Origin: a virus
Strand: one strand, 5' to 3'
DNA: 64,000 nucleotides
Virus record (IMG/VR): IMGVR_UViG_3300022562_001240
A program made the position numbers and the translations under genes. Numbering within the stretch: position 1 is the first letter of the stretch; each line of letters starts with the position of its first letter. Positions 8,031-16,454 of this stretch are shown in pieces. Under the pieces are notes generated by a model, which had not been told where the DNA came from, ran no database searches, and worked only from the letters and a program-made list of their open reading frames with translations.

Positions 8031-8150
8031 AAACGTGTCGAAGTTTTTGCATTTTTTCGACACGTTTCTGGAACGTGTCGAAGTTTTTGCATTTTTTCGA
8101 CACGTTTCTGGAACGTGTCGCAATTTTTGCATTTTTGCGACACGTTTTTG
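8031..8150. repeat. three tandem ~40-bp units, each an internal 9-bp-stem palindrome (cgtgtcgaa-N13-ttcgacacg)
   Basis: units at ~8033-8072, 8073-8112, 8113-8150; the third unit has compensatory cgcaa/ttgcg changes. Confidence 0.85.
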
Positions 8151-8177
8151 TGACATGTCGTTATCGGCGACATGTCA
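8151..8177. repeat. inverted repeat tgacatgtcg-N7-cgacatgtca
   Basis: read directly. Confidence 0.75.
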
Positions 8178-8180
8178 AAG

Positions 8181-8311
8181 TCGGGGAGGTAGGATTCGAA
8201 CCTACAATCTTCAGTTCCAAAATACTGATGCTTGTTTGTAAGTTTCGCATGTGGGGGACGCCGAGGCGTCCAAGTTTGAGAAACTGGTGTTAACCATTTA
8301 GCTTCTCCCCG
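8181..8311 (-). tRNA. interrupted tRNA (anticodon region ATTTTGGA, TTG-like, 8-nt loop) carrying a ~60-nt conserved insert
   Basis: 5' half CGGGGAG-AA-GCTA...; 3' half TCAGT-loop-ACTGA, GTAGG-TTCGAAT-CCTAC, CTCCCCG; insert holds hairpin GGACGC-C-GCGTCC; paralogous to the 31142..31269 gene. Confidence 0.55.
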
Positions 8312-8312
8312 A

Positions 8313-8385
8313 GTAGCGACGGCTGGACTCGAACCAGCACTAACCGGCTTATGAAACCAGTGCTTTACCTTTAAGCTACGTCGCC
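8313..8385 (-). tRNA. tRNA-Met(CAT) elongator type (or Ile-lysidine type)
   Basis: acceptor GGCGACG/CGTCGCT, anticodon arm CTGGT-TTCATAA-GCCGG, T-loop TTCGAGT. Confidence 0.7.
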
Positions 8386-8388
8386 ATA

Positions 8389-8679
8389 TCAAACGATGAA
8401 CTTCCCTTGCAGGATGAACATCTCAAGCTGGTCGATTTCCTTCTTCGCTTTGACCAGATCTTTCGTTCGCAATCCGTAAGGACAGTCTTCGACGAAGTAC
8501 GCCATTGCTGCTGCCTTTGCATCGTGAACCGAATACTGATCGAGCGGATCGACATACCTTTTCGACAAGACAACCATCTGAACTGACCAGATTGCCCGAC
8601 TCCGAATTTGCTCTTCGGTGATCGGTTCTTTAGGTTCAGGCGGCTTCCGTCTAAAGAGACGAACCAGCCAGCCAAACAT
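8389..8679 (-). CDS. hypothetical protein (96 aa)
   Basis: ORF directly downstream of the tRNA block. Confidence 0.4.
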   Translation of the reverse strand: MFGWLVRLFRRKPPEPKEPITEEQIRSRAIWSVQMVVLSKRYVDPLDQYSVHDAKAAAMAYFVEDCPYGLRTKDLVKAKKEIDQLEMFILQGKFIV

Positions 8680-8729
8680 TTTGCCTCCGAGGACTTGCTA
8701 TACACATAGCTACTCCTCATAAGGCAAGG

Positions 8730-8803
8730 TCGGGAAGACAGGATTCGAACCTGCGACCCCCTGCTCCCAAAGCAGGTGCTCTACCAAGCTGAGCTACTTC
8801 CCG
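8730..8803 (-). tRNA. tRNA-Pro(TGG)
   Basis: acceptor CGGGAAG/CTTCCCG, anticodon arm CCTGC-TTTGGGA-GCAGG, T-loop TTCGAAT. Confidence 0.8.
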
Positions 8804-8909
8804 ATTGTAACCATCCAAGTCGATGCAGCAGGTGTCCCCTGCGCCCATGGCAGGGGACAAACAAATCCGAAGTTTTGTTTGTAAGCTCCATCAGTAGGAG
8901 ATGGTCAAG

Positions 8910-8981
8910 TCCTCCCGGCTGGAATCGAACCAGCGTGTACGGTTCCACAAACCGCCGCTCTCGCCACTGAGCTACAGAAGG
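8910..8981 (-). tRNA. tRNA with GTG anticodon (His-like) lacking the G-1:C73 pair
   Basis: acceptor CCTTCTG/CGGGAGG, anticodon arm GCGGT-TTGTGGA-ACCGT, T-loop TTCGATT; A at position 73. Confidence 0.55.
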
Positions 8982-8989
8982 ATAAAAAG

Positions 8990-9113
8990 TGGAGGTGGTG
9001 GGATTCGAACCCACATTGCTTTCGCCAAAAGAAAGTTTTTTACCGTTTGTATGTTCCGCAGTTGGGGGATGGCGAACCATCCAAGTTTGAGAAACAGTGT
9101 TTTTTACACCCCC
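8990..9113 (-). tRNA. interrupted tRNA (anticodon TTG-like), no recognisable D-arm, carrying the conserved insert
   Basis: acceptor GGGGGTG/CACCTCC; anticodon arm CTTTC-TTTTGGC-GAAAG; T-arm GTGGG-TTCGAAT-CCCAC; insert hairpin GGATGG-TTCG-CCATCC; TAAAAAAC direct repeat flanks the insert. Confidence 0.5.
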
Positions 9114-9161
9114 GGTTGTTGAATGACACGAACCATAAAGAATGGTTCGCAGCATTCGAGT

Positions 9162-9234
9162 CAGGATGAAAGGATTTGAACCTTCGACCTTCTGGCCCCC
9201 AGCCAGACGCTCTCCCAAACTGAGCTACATCCTG
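9162..9234 (-). tRNA. tRNA-Pro(GGG)
   Basis: acceptor CAGGATG/CATCCTG, anticodon arm TCTGG-CTGGGGG-CCAGA, T-loop TTCAAAT. Confidence 0.8.
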
Positions 9235-9421
9235 TTGTGATTGTGCTGGTGCATACAGCCAAGCGGGCTTCAAGGTTAGATCAGGGCAATGTTACATGCC
9301 ACACCCTCTGGACCACACAATCATTGAACGATTTTCTCGCCCACCAGATATCACACCGAGCCGAATAGGCGTTGCTCATGACGGCTTGTTGGCCGTAACA
9401 GATTTCTCTGTTGTGTGAAAG

Positions 9422-9566
9422 AGCCCCCGACTGGATTCGAACCAGTAACCTCTCGCTTAGAAGGCGAAATTGTTTGTAAGCTTCACATGTAGGGGACAAG
9501 CCGAAGCCCGTCCAAGTTTGTCAAGCGATTTAACAGTAGTGCTCTAGCCAATTGAGCTACAGGGGC
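9422..9566 (-). tRNA. tRNA-Arg(TCT) interrupted between positions 26 and 27 by a ~72-nt conserved structured insert
   Basis: 5' half GCCCCTG-TA-GCTC-AATTGGCTA-GAGC-A; 3' half TTCGC-CTTCTAA-GCGAG, ACTGG-TTCGAAT-CCAGT, CGGGGGC; acceptor pairs 7/7 across the insert; insert hairpin GGACGGGC-UUCG-GCUUGUCC. Confidence 0.65.
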
Positions 9567-9602
9567 CTGTTGTTTTGCCCGTTTTCAAACGGAGCCGAAA
9601 AG

Positions 9603-9742
9603 AGCCCTCGACCGGATTCGAACCGATACTACCCCCTTGGAATGGGATTGTTTGTAAGCTTCACATGTAGGGGACAAGCCGAAGCCCGTCCAAGTTTGCC
9701 AAGCGAGTAAACGTAAGGTGTGCTACCATTGCACTACGAGGG
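9603..9742 (-). tRNA. interrupted tRNA (anticodon TCC Gly or CCA Trp, ambiguous) with the same insert between positions 26 and 27
   Basis: 5' half GCCCTCG-TA-GTGC-AATGGTA-GCAC-A; 3' half ATCCC-ATTCCAA-GGGGG, ATCGG-TTCGAAT-CCGGT, CGAGGGC; insert nearly identical to the 9422..9566 copy. Confidence 0.6.
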
Positions 9743-9766
9743 CAACTCGTAAGTCCCCGAAGGGAC

Positions 9767-9838
9767 AGTGACCCGTGAGAGAATCGAACTCTCGTTCTCT
9801 GTCTGAAAAACAGTAATCCTACCACTAGACGAACGGGC
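9767..9838 (-). tRNA. tRNA-Glu(TTC)
   Basis: acceptor GGCCCGT/ACGGGTC, anticodon loop TTTTCAG, T-arm GAGAG-TTCGATT-CTCTC. Confidence 0.65.
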
Positions 9839-9910
9839 CGTAAAACTGAGATCGCAGAGTTTCAGTCAACGATCTCGGGACTCCTTGTACACATGGTACA
9901 TGAGCTAATT

Positions 9911-9924
9911 GCCCCGCAAGGGGC
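9911..9924. terminator. GC hairpin gcccc-gcaa-ggggc just 3' of tRNA-His (minus-strand direction)
   Basis: read directly; no clear U-run. Confidence 0.3.
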
Positions 9925-9927
9925 GAG

Positions 9928-10001
9928 GGTGCCAGACCAGAATCGAACAGGCTCTTCCTCGGTCACAGCGAGGCGTGCATAACCATTACACTTCCGGCAC
10001 C
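9928..10001 (-). tRNA. tRNA-His(GTG) with encoded G-1:C73
   Basis: G(-1)+GTGCCGG/CTGGCAC+C73, anticodon arm CCTCG-CTGTGAC-CGAGG, T-loop TTCGATT. Confidence 0.75.
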
Positions 10002-10008
10002 ATATAAG

Positions 10009-10083
10009 GGTGTGCGAAGGGAATTGAACCCTCACCTTCAGCTTCACAAACTGACGTGCAGAAACCACTACACTACGCACACC
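10009..10083 (-). tRNA. tRNA-His(GTG) second copy with G-1:C73
   Basis: G(-1)+GTGTGCG/CGCACAC+C73, anticodon arm TCAGT-TTGTGAA-GCTGA, T-loop TTCAATT. Confidence 0.75.
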
Positions 10084-10089
10084 ATCTCG

Positions 10090-10152
10090 TAGTTTCACTG
10101 AAACTGGCAGTTTCACTACGGAGTGAAACACCATGTTTCAGTGAAACATTGG
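10090..10152. promoter_or_regulatory. three adjacent palindromes built on GTTTCA-N-TGAAAC (candidate operator array)
   Basis: agtttcaCTGaaact, gtttcact-acgg-agtgaaac, atgtttcaGtgaaacat; a partial 4th copy at ~10416. Confidence 0.45.
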
Positions 10153-10154
10153 AG

Positions 10155-10225
10155 TGACCCCACGGAGATTCGAACTCCGGTCTTCTGCCTGAGAAGCAGA
10201 TGTCCTCCCACTAGACGATGGGGCC
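10155..10225 (-). tRNA. tRNA-Glu(CTC)
   Basis: acceptor GGCCCCA/TGGGGTC, anticodon arm TCTGC-TTCTCAG-GCAGA, T-loop TTCGAAT. Confidence 0.75.
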
Positions 10226-10345
10226 AGTTGGCGATTCAATTGTCAAGGATCAAATTTCGGAGTGCATCCCACCCAAGTTCCTCACTCCCCGGCATTAGGC
10301 ACATAGTCCCTCACCGGATACCAATCCAAATTTTGGACTGGCAAG

Positions 10346-10416
10346 AGCGACCGAAGGGAATCGAACCCTCGTCACCTGCATGGCAAGCAGGCGCATTACC
10401 ACTATGCTACGGTCGC
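10346..10416 (-). tRNA. tRNA-Gly(GCC)
   Basis: acceptor GCGACCG/CGGTCGC, anticodon arm CCTGC-TTGCCAT-GCAGG, T-loop TTCGATT. Confidence 0.8.
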
Positions 10417-10423
10417 ATTTCAG

Positions 10424-10494
10424 TGACCCCACGGAGAGTCGAACTCCGGTTCTCAGATCGAAAATCTGATGTCCTAACCACTAGACGATGGGGC
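10424..10494 (-). tRNA. tRNA-Glu(TTC) second copy
   Basis: acceptor GGCCCCA/TGGGGTC, anticodon arm TCAGA-TTTTCGA-TCTGA, T-loop TTCGACT. Confidence 0.75.
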
Positions 10495-10554
10495 CGTCTT
10501 TTCTTTCTCTCTTTCGTTTGGCCTTTCCTAGCGGGTGTTAGTCCACAAAAAAAA

Positions 10555-10594
10555 GGCTCGCTCAGGCGAATTTCTCCACCTGAGCGAGCCTTTT
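10555..10594. terminator. bidirectional intrinsic terminator (12-bp stem ggctcgctcagg/cctgagcgagcc flanked by A8 and T4)
   Basis: read directly; sits at the upstream (high-coordinate) boundary of the first tRNA array. Confidence 0.65.
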
Positions 10595-10882
10595 ATGGAT
10601 TTGAGCGGCTCTTGAACTCAGGTGGCTTTGGGCCGTCCTGAGTTCTTGTGTGAACCAATCAGAACGGCGTGAGGGTTGGCATACCCTCGGCGGCTGCTGG
10701 ATTATCATGTCCTTGACGGACTACGATAATGGCGCAGCACGGGCATGTGGTCTGTTCGACCTTATGCCATCTACGTTCTGTGGTTCGTTTGCTCAACATT
10801 GTTTCTTGTCCTTAGTCCTTTGAGGTTCGAGGCTTTCGCAAATCCCCCCGGATCGCAAATGCCAAAAACCCTCATTCGGAAG

Positions 10883-10955
10883 TGGCAGGTGAAGGATTCG
10901 AACCTCCGTCCTCCGGGTTATGAGCCCGACGAGCTAACCACTGCTCCAACCTGCG
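10883..10955 (-). tRNA. initiator-type tRNA-fMet(CAT)
   Basis: anticodon stem ends with three G-C pairs (TCGGG/CCCGG), loop CTCATAA, 1:72 mismatch (C.C), T-loop TTCGAAT. Confidence 0.7.
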
Positions 10956-11237
10956 TCATTATTAGCGTGTCTTTTATATAGACGCCGCAATTCAATTTTG
11001 GTTCACGGTTTTCGGGATTTTCCAAAAACTTTTTCGAGGGCCGGTTTTCCCGGCTGCACCCAATAGACCCGCCGTCGTTCGGAAAGGTTCGGGGCAATCT
11101 CGAAAAATTTCGGAAATGGGTCTCGCCGCATATGCAGGTCTGTTGCCTCGCCTGCACCCGTGAGCGTCCTGACCCTTCCTTCACGGTTGGAGTCCCGATC
11201 ATCGAGGAGGGAATCTTATCTCGTCCTCAAAATCCCG

Positions 11238-11522
11238 TCAACCCCTTTCTGAAGAAATTTTTGTCCCGAAGTAAGTTCCCGCAAAACCGCCGATCAAATA
11301 GGCGAGGATGTGCGGCAATGACTTCTCTACGACCGACAAGGTGAGCGTGAACCAGAAGACTGTGAACAACAATGACCAGTTCGCAGCCGTCAAAGCCCGT
11401 CGCTCGGCAATCGCCAACGTGTATCTGGCATAGATGAAGTCATTGGCAATGCCAATCACAGCCATCAGACAAACCGAGATCACGAAGTGCTCTCTTGCTA
11501 AATTCGCCAATGCGTCAATCAT
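11238..11522 (-). CDS. small integral membrane protein
   Basis: 94 aa with 2-3 hydrophobic helices. Confidence 0.45.
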   Translation of the reverse strand: MIDALANLAREHFVISVCLMAVIGIANDFIYARYTLAIAERRALTAANWSLLFTVFWFTLTLSVVEKSLPHILAYLIGGFAGTYFGTKISSERG

Positions 11523-11587
11523 CAGTGAACTCTACAAGAATACGACATTTGCGTCAAACTCTCTCCACAAACCATAGATAAAGGAGT

Positions 11588-14470
11588 ATGTCTACCACAG
11601 TCACCCAATGGGTTTTATCCGCTGATTCTCTCGCTATCCCAGCAGTCAACTATGTTGGATGGACAGATACAACAAATGCGGACGGCTCCCCAGATACGTT
11701 TTATGCCGTCGCCGATCTAACAGATGCGGAAGGCTGGCCTGTTGCCCAGCCAGACATCACCAAATACCTCTTTGCAAAATTCAACTTTTCAATTCCAACC
11801 ACAGCGACAATCCTTGGTCTGGAAGTCAAAGTTGTAAGAAAGGCAATCGGGAACATTGCAGATGCGGGTGTCTACCTCGGCTTCGCAGACAATACATCTG
11901 AGAATCTTTCGGCCCCAAAATCAAACTCAGGCGATTGGTCAACCACAGACCAGACATCCACATATGGAAGCTCTTCGGATCTGTGGTCTGAATCGTGGAC
12001 ACCGGCCATCATCAATGATGCAGACTTTGGTGTTGCCTTGCGTGCTCGTCAATCTGTGTCCCCCGGATTCAATCTGGCATACATTGACGCCATCAAGCTT
12101 TCTGTCACATATCAGAACATCTATTCCGAGACTGGCTCTGGCGGTGTGGCATGTGGCGGATCGGCCACTGTTCAGTTCACAGATTACATTGATGCAACCG
12201 GTGGTGTGGCTGTCGGCGGACACGCACCGTACAACGATTTCGTCGATACAACCGGTGGTGTTGTCGCCGCTGGTTCCGCAGATGTGGTCTCATTCTTTGG
12301 GCCAACTGGTGGCGTGGTCGTCGCTGGTGATCCGGCCTATGGTGTGATCCGACGAGTCTACGAATGGAATGTTCCGCTTTCGCCCGACCAAGAAGTCACT
12401 CCGAATGATTCGACAGCCAGCGGTTTCGCCAGCATCGACGTGATCAACAACGTCCTGTATTGGAGAATCACATATGAGGGATTATCTAGCGGATTCACTG
12501 GAGCACACTTCTACCATGGAGATGCAGGTGTTAATGGAAGTTTCCAAATAGCCATTCCTCCCAATTCCCTCGACGGCACAATGTCGCCGATGGTTGGAAA
12601 AGCTTCGATCACAGGCACGCAGGCCACACAAATTCGAAACGGCGAATGGTACATCAACATCTTCACCACGTCGAATCCGATGCCGAACGGAGAAATCCGT
12701 GGGCAAATCTGGAACATCGGTGCGGCGGCTGGTGGCGTGGCTGATCTCACATTCATCGATCAAATTGATGGAACCGGTGGTGTTGTCGCTGGTGGTACTG
12801 CCCATGCGGAGCACGGCTTATTTGGCACTGGAGGCGTCACCTGTGCAGGCACAGCAGATGTCACGGTCAACTACAACATTGGTGGCGACGGTGGCATCGT
12901 TGGCTCTGGCTTCTCATTCGTTGATCCGTACATCGCTACTGGTGGTGTGGAAGCTGGTGGTTCTGCAACACAAACAACCTACTGGTCCGATGCCGCAGAA
13001 GGCGGCGGCGTTGTCGTTGGTGGCGAAGCTCTCATCCCTTGGGATTTCACTCCCAGCGGTGGTGCGGTTGCTTGGGGCGCAGCAACAGTTCAACGTGTCT
13101 TCACCATCCCAGAATGGAGCGTTGATCTTGACACAGATCAAGTTGTTGGTGGCTCTGATTCAACTGCGACAGCCCATGCTGACTTTTGGTATGACCCCAT
13201 CGAAAGTCGTCTCTCTTGGAAAGTCACCTACAGTGGTTTCGATGGTCCTGTCACTGTTGCCAGATTGAGAGTAGGAGCCCCCGGCCAGAACGGTCATGTG
13301 GCCGTCGAAATGTTCGACTACTCAGACGGAACGGCCAGTGGTTTTACCGGCATGGTTCAAGTCACAGATGACGAAGATCAATTGCGAGCAGGCAATTGGT
13401 ATCTGATGCTTGGCACCTCAACCGACAAGATAAGAAGTCAACTGTGGCACTTCGGCGTCCAGATTGGCGGCGAAGCTGTCGTCGAACCCTACTACGAAAT
13501 TCCAAATGGCGGCGTCGTTGTCGGCGGTGAAGCACTCGTAGATCCAATCTGGGCTGAAGGCGGGGCCGTCACTGGTGGTACAGCGGGTGTTACAAGCCGA
13601 GAAACTCGCTCTGCCAAGGGTGGTGTCGTCGTTGGCGGCATCGCACTCAAGGTCGCAAATCTGGACACCACAGGTGGTGTAGTTGTCGGCGGCGATTCGA
13701 TAGACTCACAGGTCGAGGCCAACATTGATGGACTTGGCGGCATCAAGGCCGGTGGCAAAGCCATTCCGGGCATCTCCTCTCCGGTCACAGGCGGCGTAGT
13801 CGTCGGCGGGGCCGCTGAAATCGAATTCATCTACAACCACTCAGTCACAGGTGGGGTAGTCGTCGATGGTTCTCCCAGCATTGCCTTTACATACAACCTT
13901 CAGACGAGTGGCGGGGTTGTCATCGCTGGCAACTCAATCATCGCCATCCACATTGTTGCAAGAGGCGGAATTGTTGTCGCTGGTGATCCGGGATTCGCAT
14001 ACACATCCAACCCAGTTCATTCGGGAGGTGCGGTTGTTGGCGGGGTCGCACGACAGACCTTCTTCGATTATGTTGATGGAACTGGCGGCATGGTCACTGG
14101 TGGTCGTGCCCGCCAAGAGAAGATCAAGTTCTTCCAGAAGTTCAAGCAAGGCTACTGCCGAGCAATGGCAAGTGAAAACATCTGCACCGTGGTTCTCGAT
14201 ACAAGCGAGCAACTCATCATCCCACATGATGAGGTTTCACCGGATCTCGATCCAAATCGATTCCGTATCGAGCATGTGCCGACATGGTGCGATGTCAATG
14301 AGAAGCTGCAACCTTACAACAAGGTGGTTCCAGACAGAGATTGCGATGCCGCCTTGGCAGAAGTGATTGTGAAACGCCAAAACGGCATCGTCCCGAAAAA
14401 GGTGAGACCTTCTATCGTCCGAGAACGGCAAATAGCCGCCGCAGGAAACGAAGTCGCCGAAGCCCTTTAA
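11588..14470 (+). CDS. Gly/Val-rich repeat structural protein (putative fibre)
   Basis: 960 aa; dozens of TGGVVVGG / GGxAxV repeats; shares motif ALVDPIWAEGGAV with the 1431-aa ORF at 49317..53612. Confidence 0.75.
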   Translation: MSTTVTQWVLSADSLAIPAVNYVGWTDTTNADGSPDTFYAVADLTDAEGWPVAQPDITKYLFAKFNFSIPTTATILGLEVKVVRKAIGNIADAGVYLGFADNTSENLSAPKSNSGDWSTTDQTSTYGSSSDLWSESWTPAIINDADFGVALRARQSVSPGFNLAYIDAIKLSVTYQNIYSETGSGGVACGGSATVQFTDYIDATGGVAVGGHAPYNDFVDTTGGVVAAGSADVVSFFGPTGGVVVAGDPAYGVIRRVYEWNVPLSPDQEVTPNDSTASGFASIDVINNVLYWRITYEGLSSGFTGAHFYHGDAGVNGSFQIAIPPNSLDGTMSPMVGKASITGTQATQIRNGEWYINIFTTSNPMPNGEIRGQIWNIGAAAGGVADLTFIDQIDGTGGVVAGGTAHAEHGLFGTGGVTCAGTADVTVNYNIGGDGGIVGSGFSFVDPYIATGGVEAGGSATQTTYWSDAAEGGGVVVGGEALIPWDFTPSGGAVAWGAATVQRVFTIPEWSVDLDTDQVVGGSDSTATAHADFWYDPIESRLSWKVTYSGFDGPVTVARLRVGAPGQNGHVAVEMFDYSDGTASGFTGMVQVTDDEDQLRAGNWYLMLGTSTDKIRSQLWHFGVQIGGEAVVEPYYEIPNGGVVVGGEALVDPIWAEGGAVTGGTAGVTSRETRSAKGGVVVGGIALKVANLDTTGGVVVGGDSIDSQVEANIDGLGGIKAGGKAIPGISSPVTGGVVVGGAAEIEFIYNHSVTGGVVVDGSPSIAFTYNLQTSGGVVIAGNSIIAIHIVARGGIVVAGDPGFAYTSNPVHSGGAVVGGVARQTFFDYVDGTGGMVTGGRARQEKIKFFQKFKQGYCRAMASENICTVVLDTSEQLIIPHDEVSPDLDPNRFRIEHVPTWCDVNEKLQPYNKVVPDRDCDAALAEVIVKRQNGIVPKKVRPSIVRERQIAAAGNEVAEAL

Positions 14471-14780
14471 CACCAGCTTCCTTGACGAATTCCAGATTCA
14501 TTCCGCCTTCGAGCACGAAGTCGTCGCCGACTTCTTTCCCGCTGATCAATGCGGAAGCATCGCCGGGGATGTTAAAGGCGTCTCGGAGAGATTTGCGGAC
14601 CTGCCCCACTGATTTGCCTTCAAGATCGTAATACTCTTGGTTGGCTCCATGAACCACACGGACCTTATTCATCGCTTTCGATGATCGAGAGAGCGTGTCG
14701 TCAATGTCTGGGGCTCGATAGGTGTCGCCGCCAGTTGCCCTGCTTCCTACATCGGAAGAGTCCATTCGTTCCTGTCCCAT
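14412..14780 (-). CDS. ThiS/MoaD-like ubiquitin-like protein precursor (GG followed by a 29-aa C-terminal extension)
   Basis: core MNKVRVVHGANQEYYDLEGKSVGQVRKSLRDAFNIPGDASALISGKEVGDDFVLEGG then MNLEFVKEAGVKGLRRL...; immediately downstream of E1 and JAMM genes. Confidence 0.6.
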   Translation of the reverse strand: MGQERMDSSDVGSRATGGDTYRAPDIDDTLSRSSKAMNKVRVVHGANQEYYDLEGKSVGQVRKSLRDAFNIPGDASALISGKEVGDDFVLEGGMNLEFVKEAGVKGLRRLRFLRRLFAVLGR

Positions 14781-14790
14781 TGCTTCCTCC

Positions 14791-15486
14791 TTAGAAACGG
14801 TCTGGCGCAGGTCGCATCCGCTGCGTCAGTATGTCAACATAAACTTGCTCGAAGTTCACCTTGTCTTGCTCATAGGCGTAGTAGCAGTTGCACATCGCAC
14901 TTGCTATCGCCAGATTGGTGAAGAGCAATTGAGGGTTTGCGTGAGCTTCCTGCTCACATCCCTGTCGCTCCACATCCGTCAGATCGCCGGGGTTTTTGTC
15001 TTCCGGCTGTGCGATCTTGGGATGCAAAGCTGTAGGTGGCTTCGTCACGTCCTTCCCATCCTTGCGGATATAGACGATGACGTTGCCATCGATGTAATCG
15101 TTTCCCCCACTGATCAGAGTCACATTGTCCAATTCTTCACAGCGGTCGGAAACCAATTTGCGTGTGGCATGGTTGTCCACACACAAAAACACGACATCTT
15201 CGTTTCTGATGGAAGTGATAATGTTGTCTTCGGTCAGGTACTCGCCCTTTGCTCGCAGGTGGATCTTTGGGAATTCCCCTTTGAGTGTATTGACGGTGTG
15301 TTGGGCCTTGTTCTCGCATTCTGTGAATCGTTGTCGTTCTCGGTTGCGTTCCTCAAAACGATCACCATCGAAAACAGTCATCTCAACAAAATCGTCGGAA
15401 TGGCTCAGGTATCGGCACAACGGTTCAAGAAGATGTCCCCCAATACCGCCAGCACCGATCACTTTGATCTTTCGTGTCTTTTTCAT
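14791..15486 (-). CDS. E1-like ThiF/MoeB-family adenylyltransferase
   Basis: Rossmann motif KIKVIGAGGIGGHLLEPL, Arg-rich nucleotide-binding region, conserved Cys residues. Confidence 0.75.
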   Translation of the reverse strand: MKKTRKIKVIGAGGIGGHLLEPLCRYLSHSDDFVEMTVFDGDRFEERNRERQRFTECENKAQHTVNTLKGEFPKIHLRAKGEYLTEDNIITSIRNEDVVFLCVDNHATRKLVSDRCEELDNVTLISGGNDYIDGNVIVYIRKDGKDVTKPPTALHPKIAQPEDKNPGDLTDVERQGCEQEAHANPQLLFTNLAIASAMCNCYYAYEQDKVNFEQVYVDILTQRMRPAPDRF

Positions 15487-16448
15487 TCTGTGTGTCTCCT
15501 GAAGAGCTTCTGATCAAATTCGGCCAATCCAACATTTGTAATGACGGTGATTTTGCCCTGTCGCACACTGACGACTTCAAAAGGCCCATCACCACAAACC
15601 GTGCGGAAAGACACAAGTTTCAAGTCGCCTGCCCATGCCACTTGGTCGCCAGCTTGTAAGCCACGCTCTTCTTTCTTGGACGACCATCCCCAAAAAGAAG
15701 GAGTTCCGCTTCCAGTGACTTGCGACATCCATTCATCCAAGTCTGCGGCCCACTCGGCTTTTTCTTCTTCGGAAACACCAATGATGGCGTATTCCGAATC
15801 TCCCTTTCTCAACTCGATTCCTTCCAGAACATCTGCTGGATCAACTTGATTGCGTATGCCATTCACAACCACAGATGCACTGATCGTGAAGACCTCTTTG
15901 TTGTTGTGTCCGAAAGTGCAATGAAGTCCGTCGAAATCTTCTTCGTCATGAACGTCAGTACCAGAATGAAACGCCCCGAAGTCACAGTGAGAATGAATCG
16001 TCCCTACACGCAAATAGTCTTCCATGCCCTCGACGTGACTCAACCCACAACGCTCATAGTTGACGCCGCCGTGAGTTACTCTTTGCTGAGGAATGTGGAT
16101 CTTGAAAGACTCATCCGATTTTCGGTAGTAGAGCGTGGTGGCTGCCTCAGCGTGATGCTTCTCGACAACACGTCGAAAGAACTCTTTGATTCGCCAGACG
16201 AGTCGAAGCGGAAGCTTGGGCAGTGAACACTCCACATACACATCAGCTTCCAGATCTTCAAGAACACTGATGTTCTCAACAGGAACAAAGGCTTTGACGA
16301 TGCCTGTATCCTTATGGAGCCACATACCGTTCCCGGCGACGAGGTAGTAAGTGCCCTGCTTGGGCAACTCCATGCCGGGTTCATAGATGTGAATTGGAAA
16401 GCCGGGATTGAAAGCGTCTGTCATCTGAACTTCCTTGTTCAATCTCAA
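15483..16448 (-). CDS. JAMM/MPN+ metallopeptidase
   Basis: motif GTIHSHCDFGAFHSGTD fits HxHx7Sx2D with an upstream Glu. Confidence 0.75.
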   Translation of the reverse strand: MRLNKEVQMTDAFNPGFPIHIYEPGMELPKQGTYYLVAGNGMWLHKDTGIVKAFVPVENISVLEDLEADVYVECSLPKLPLRLVWRIKEFFRRVVEKHHAEAATTLYYRKSDESFKIHIPQQRVTHGGVNYERCGLSHVEGMEDYLRVGTIHSHCDFGAFHSGTDVHDEEDFDGLHCTFGHNNKEVFTISASVVVNGIRNQVDPADVLEGIELRKGDSEYAIIGVSEEEKAEWAADLDEWMSQVTGSGTPSFWGWSSKKEERGLQAGDQVAWAGDLKLVSFRTVCGDGPFEVVSVRQGKITVITNVGLAEFDQKLFRRHTE

Positions 16449-16454
16449 AGTAAA

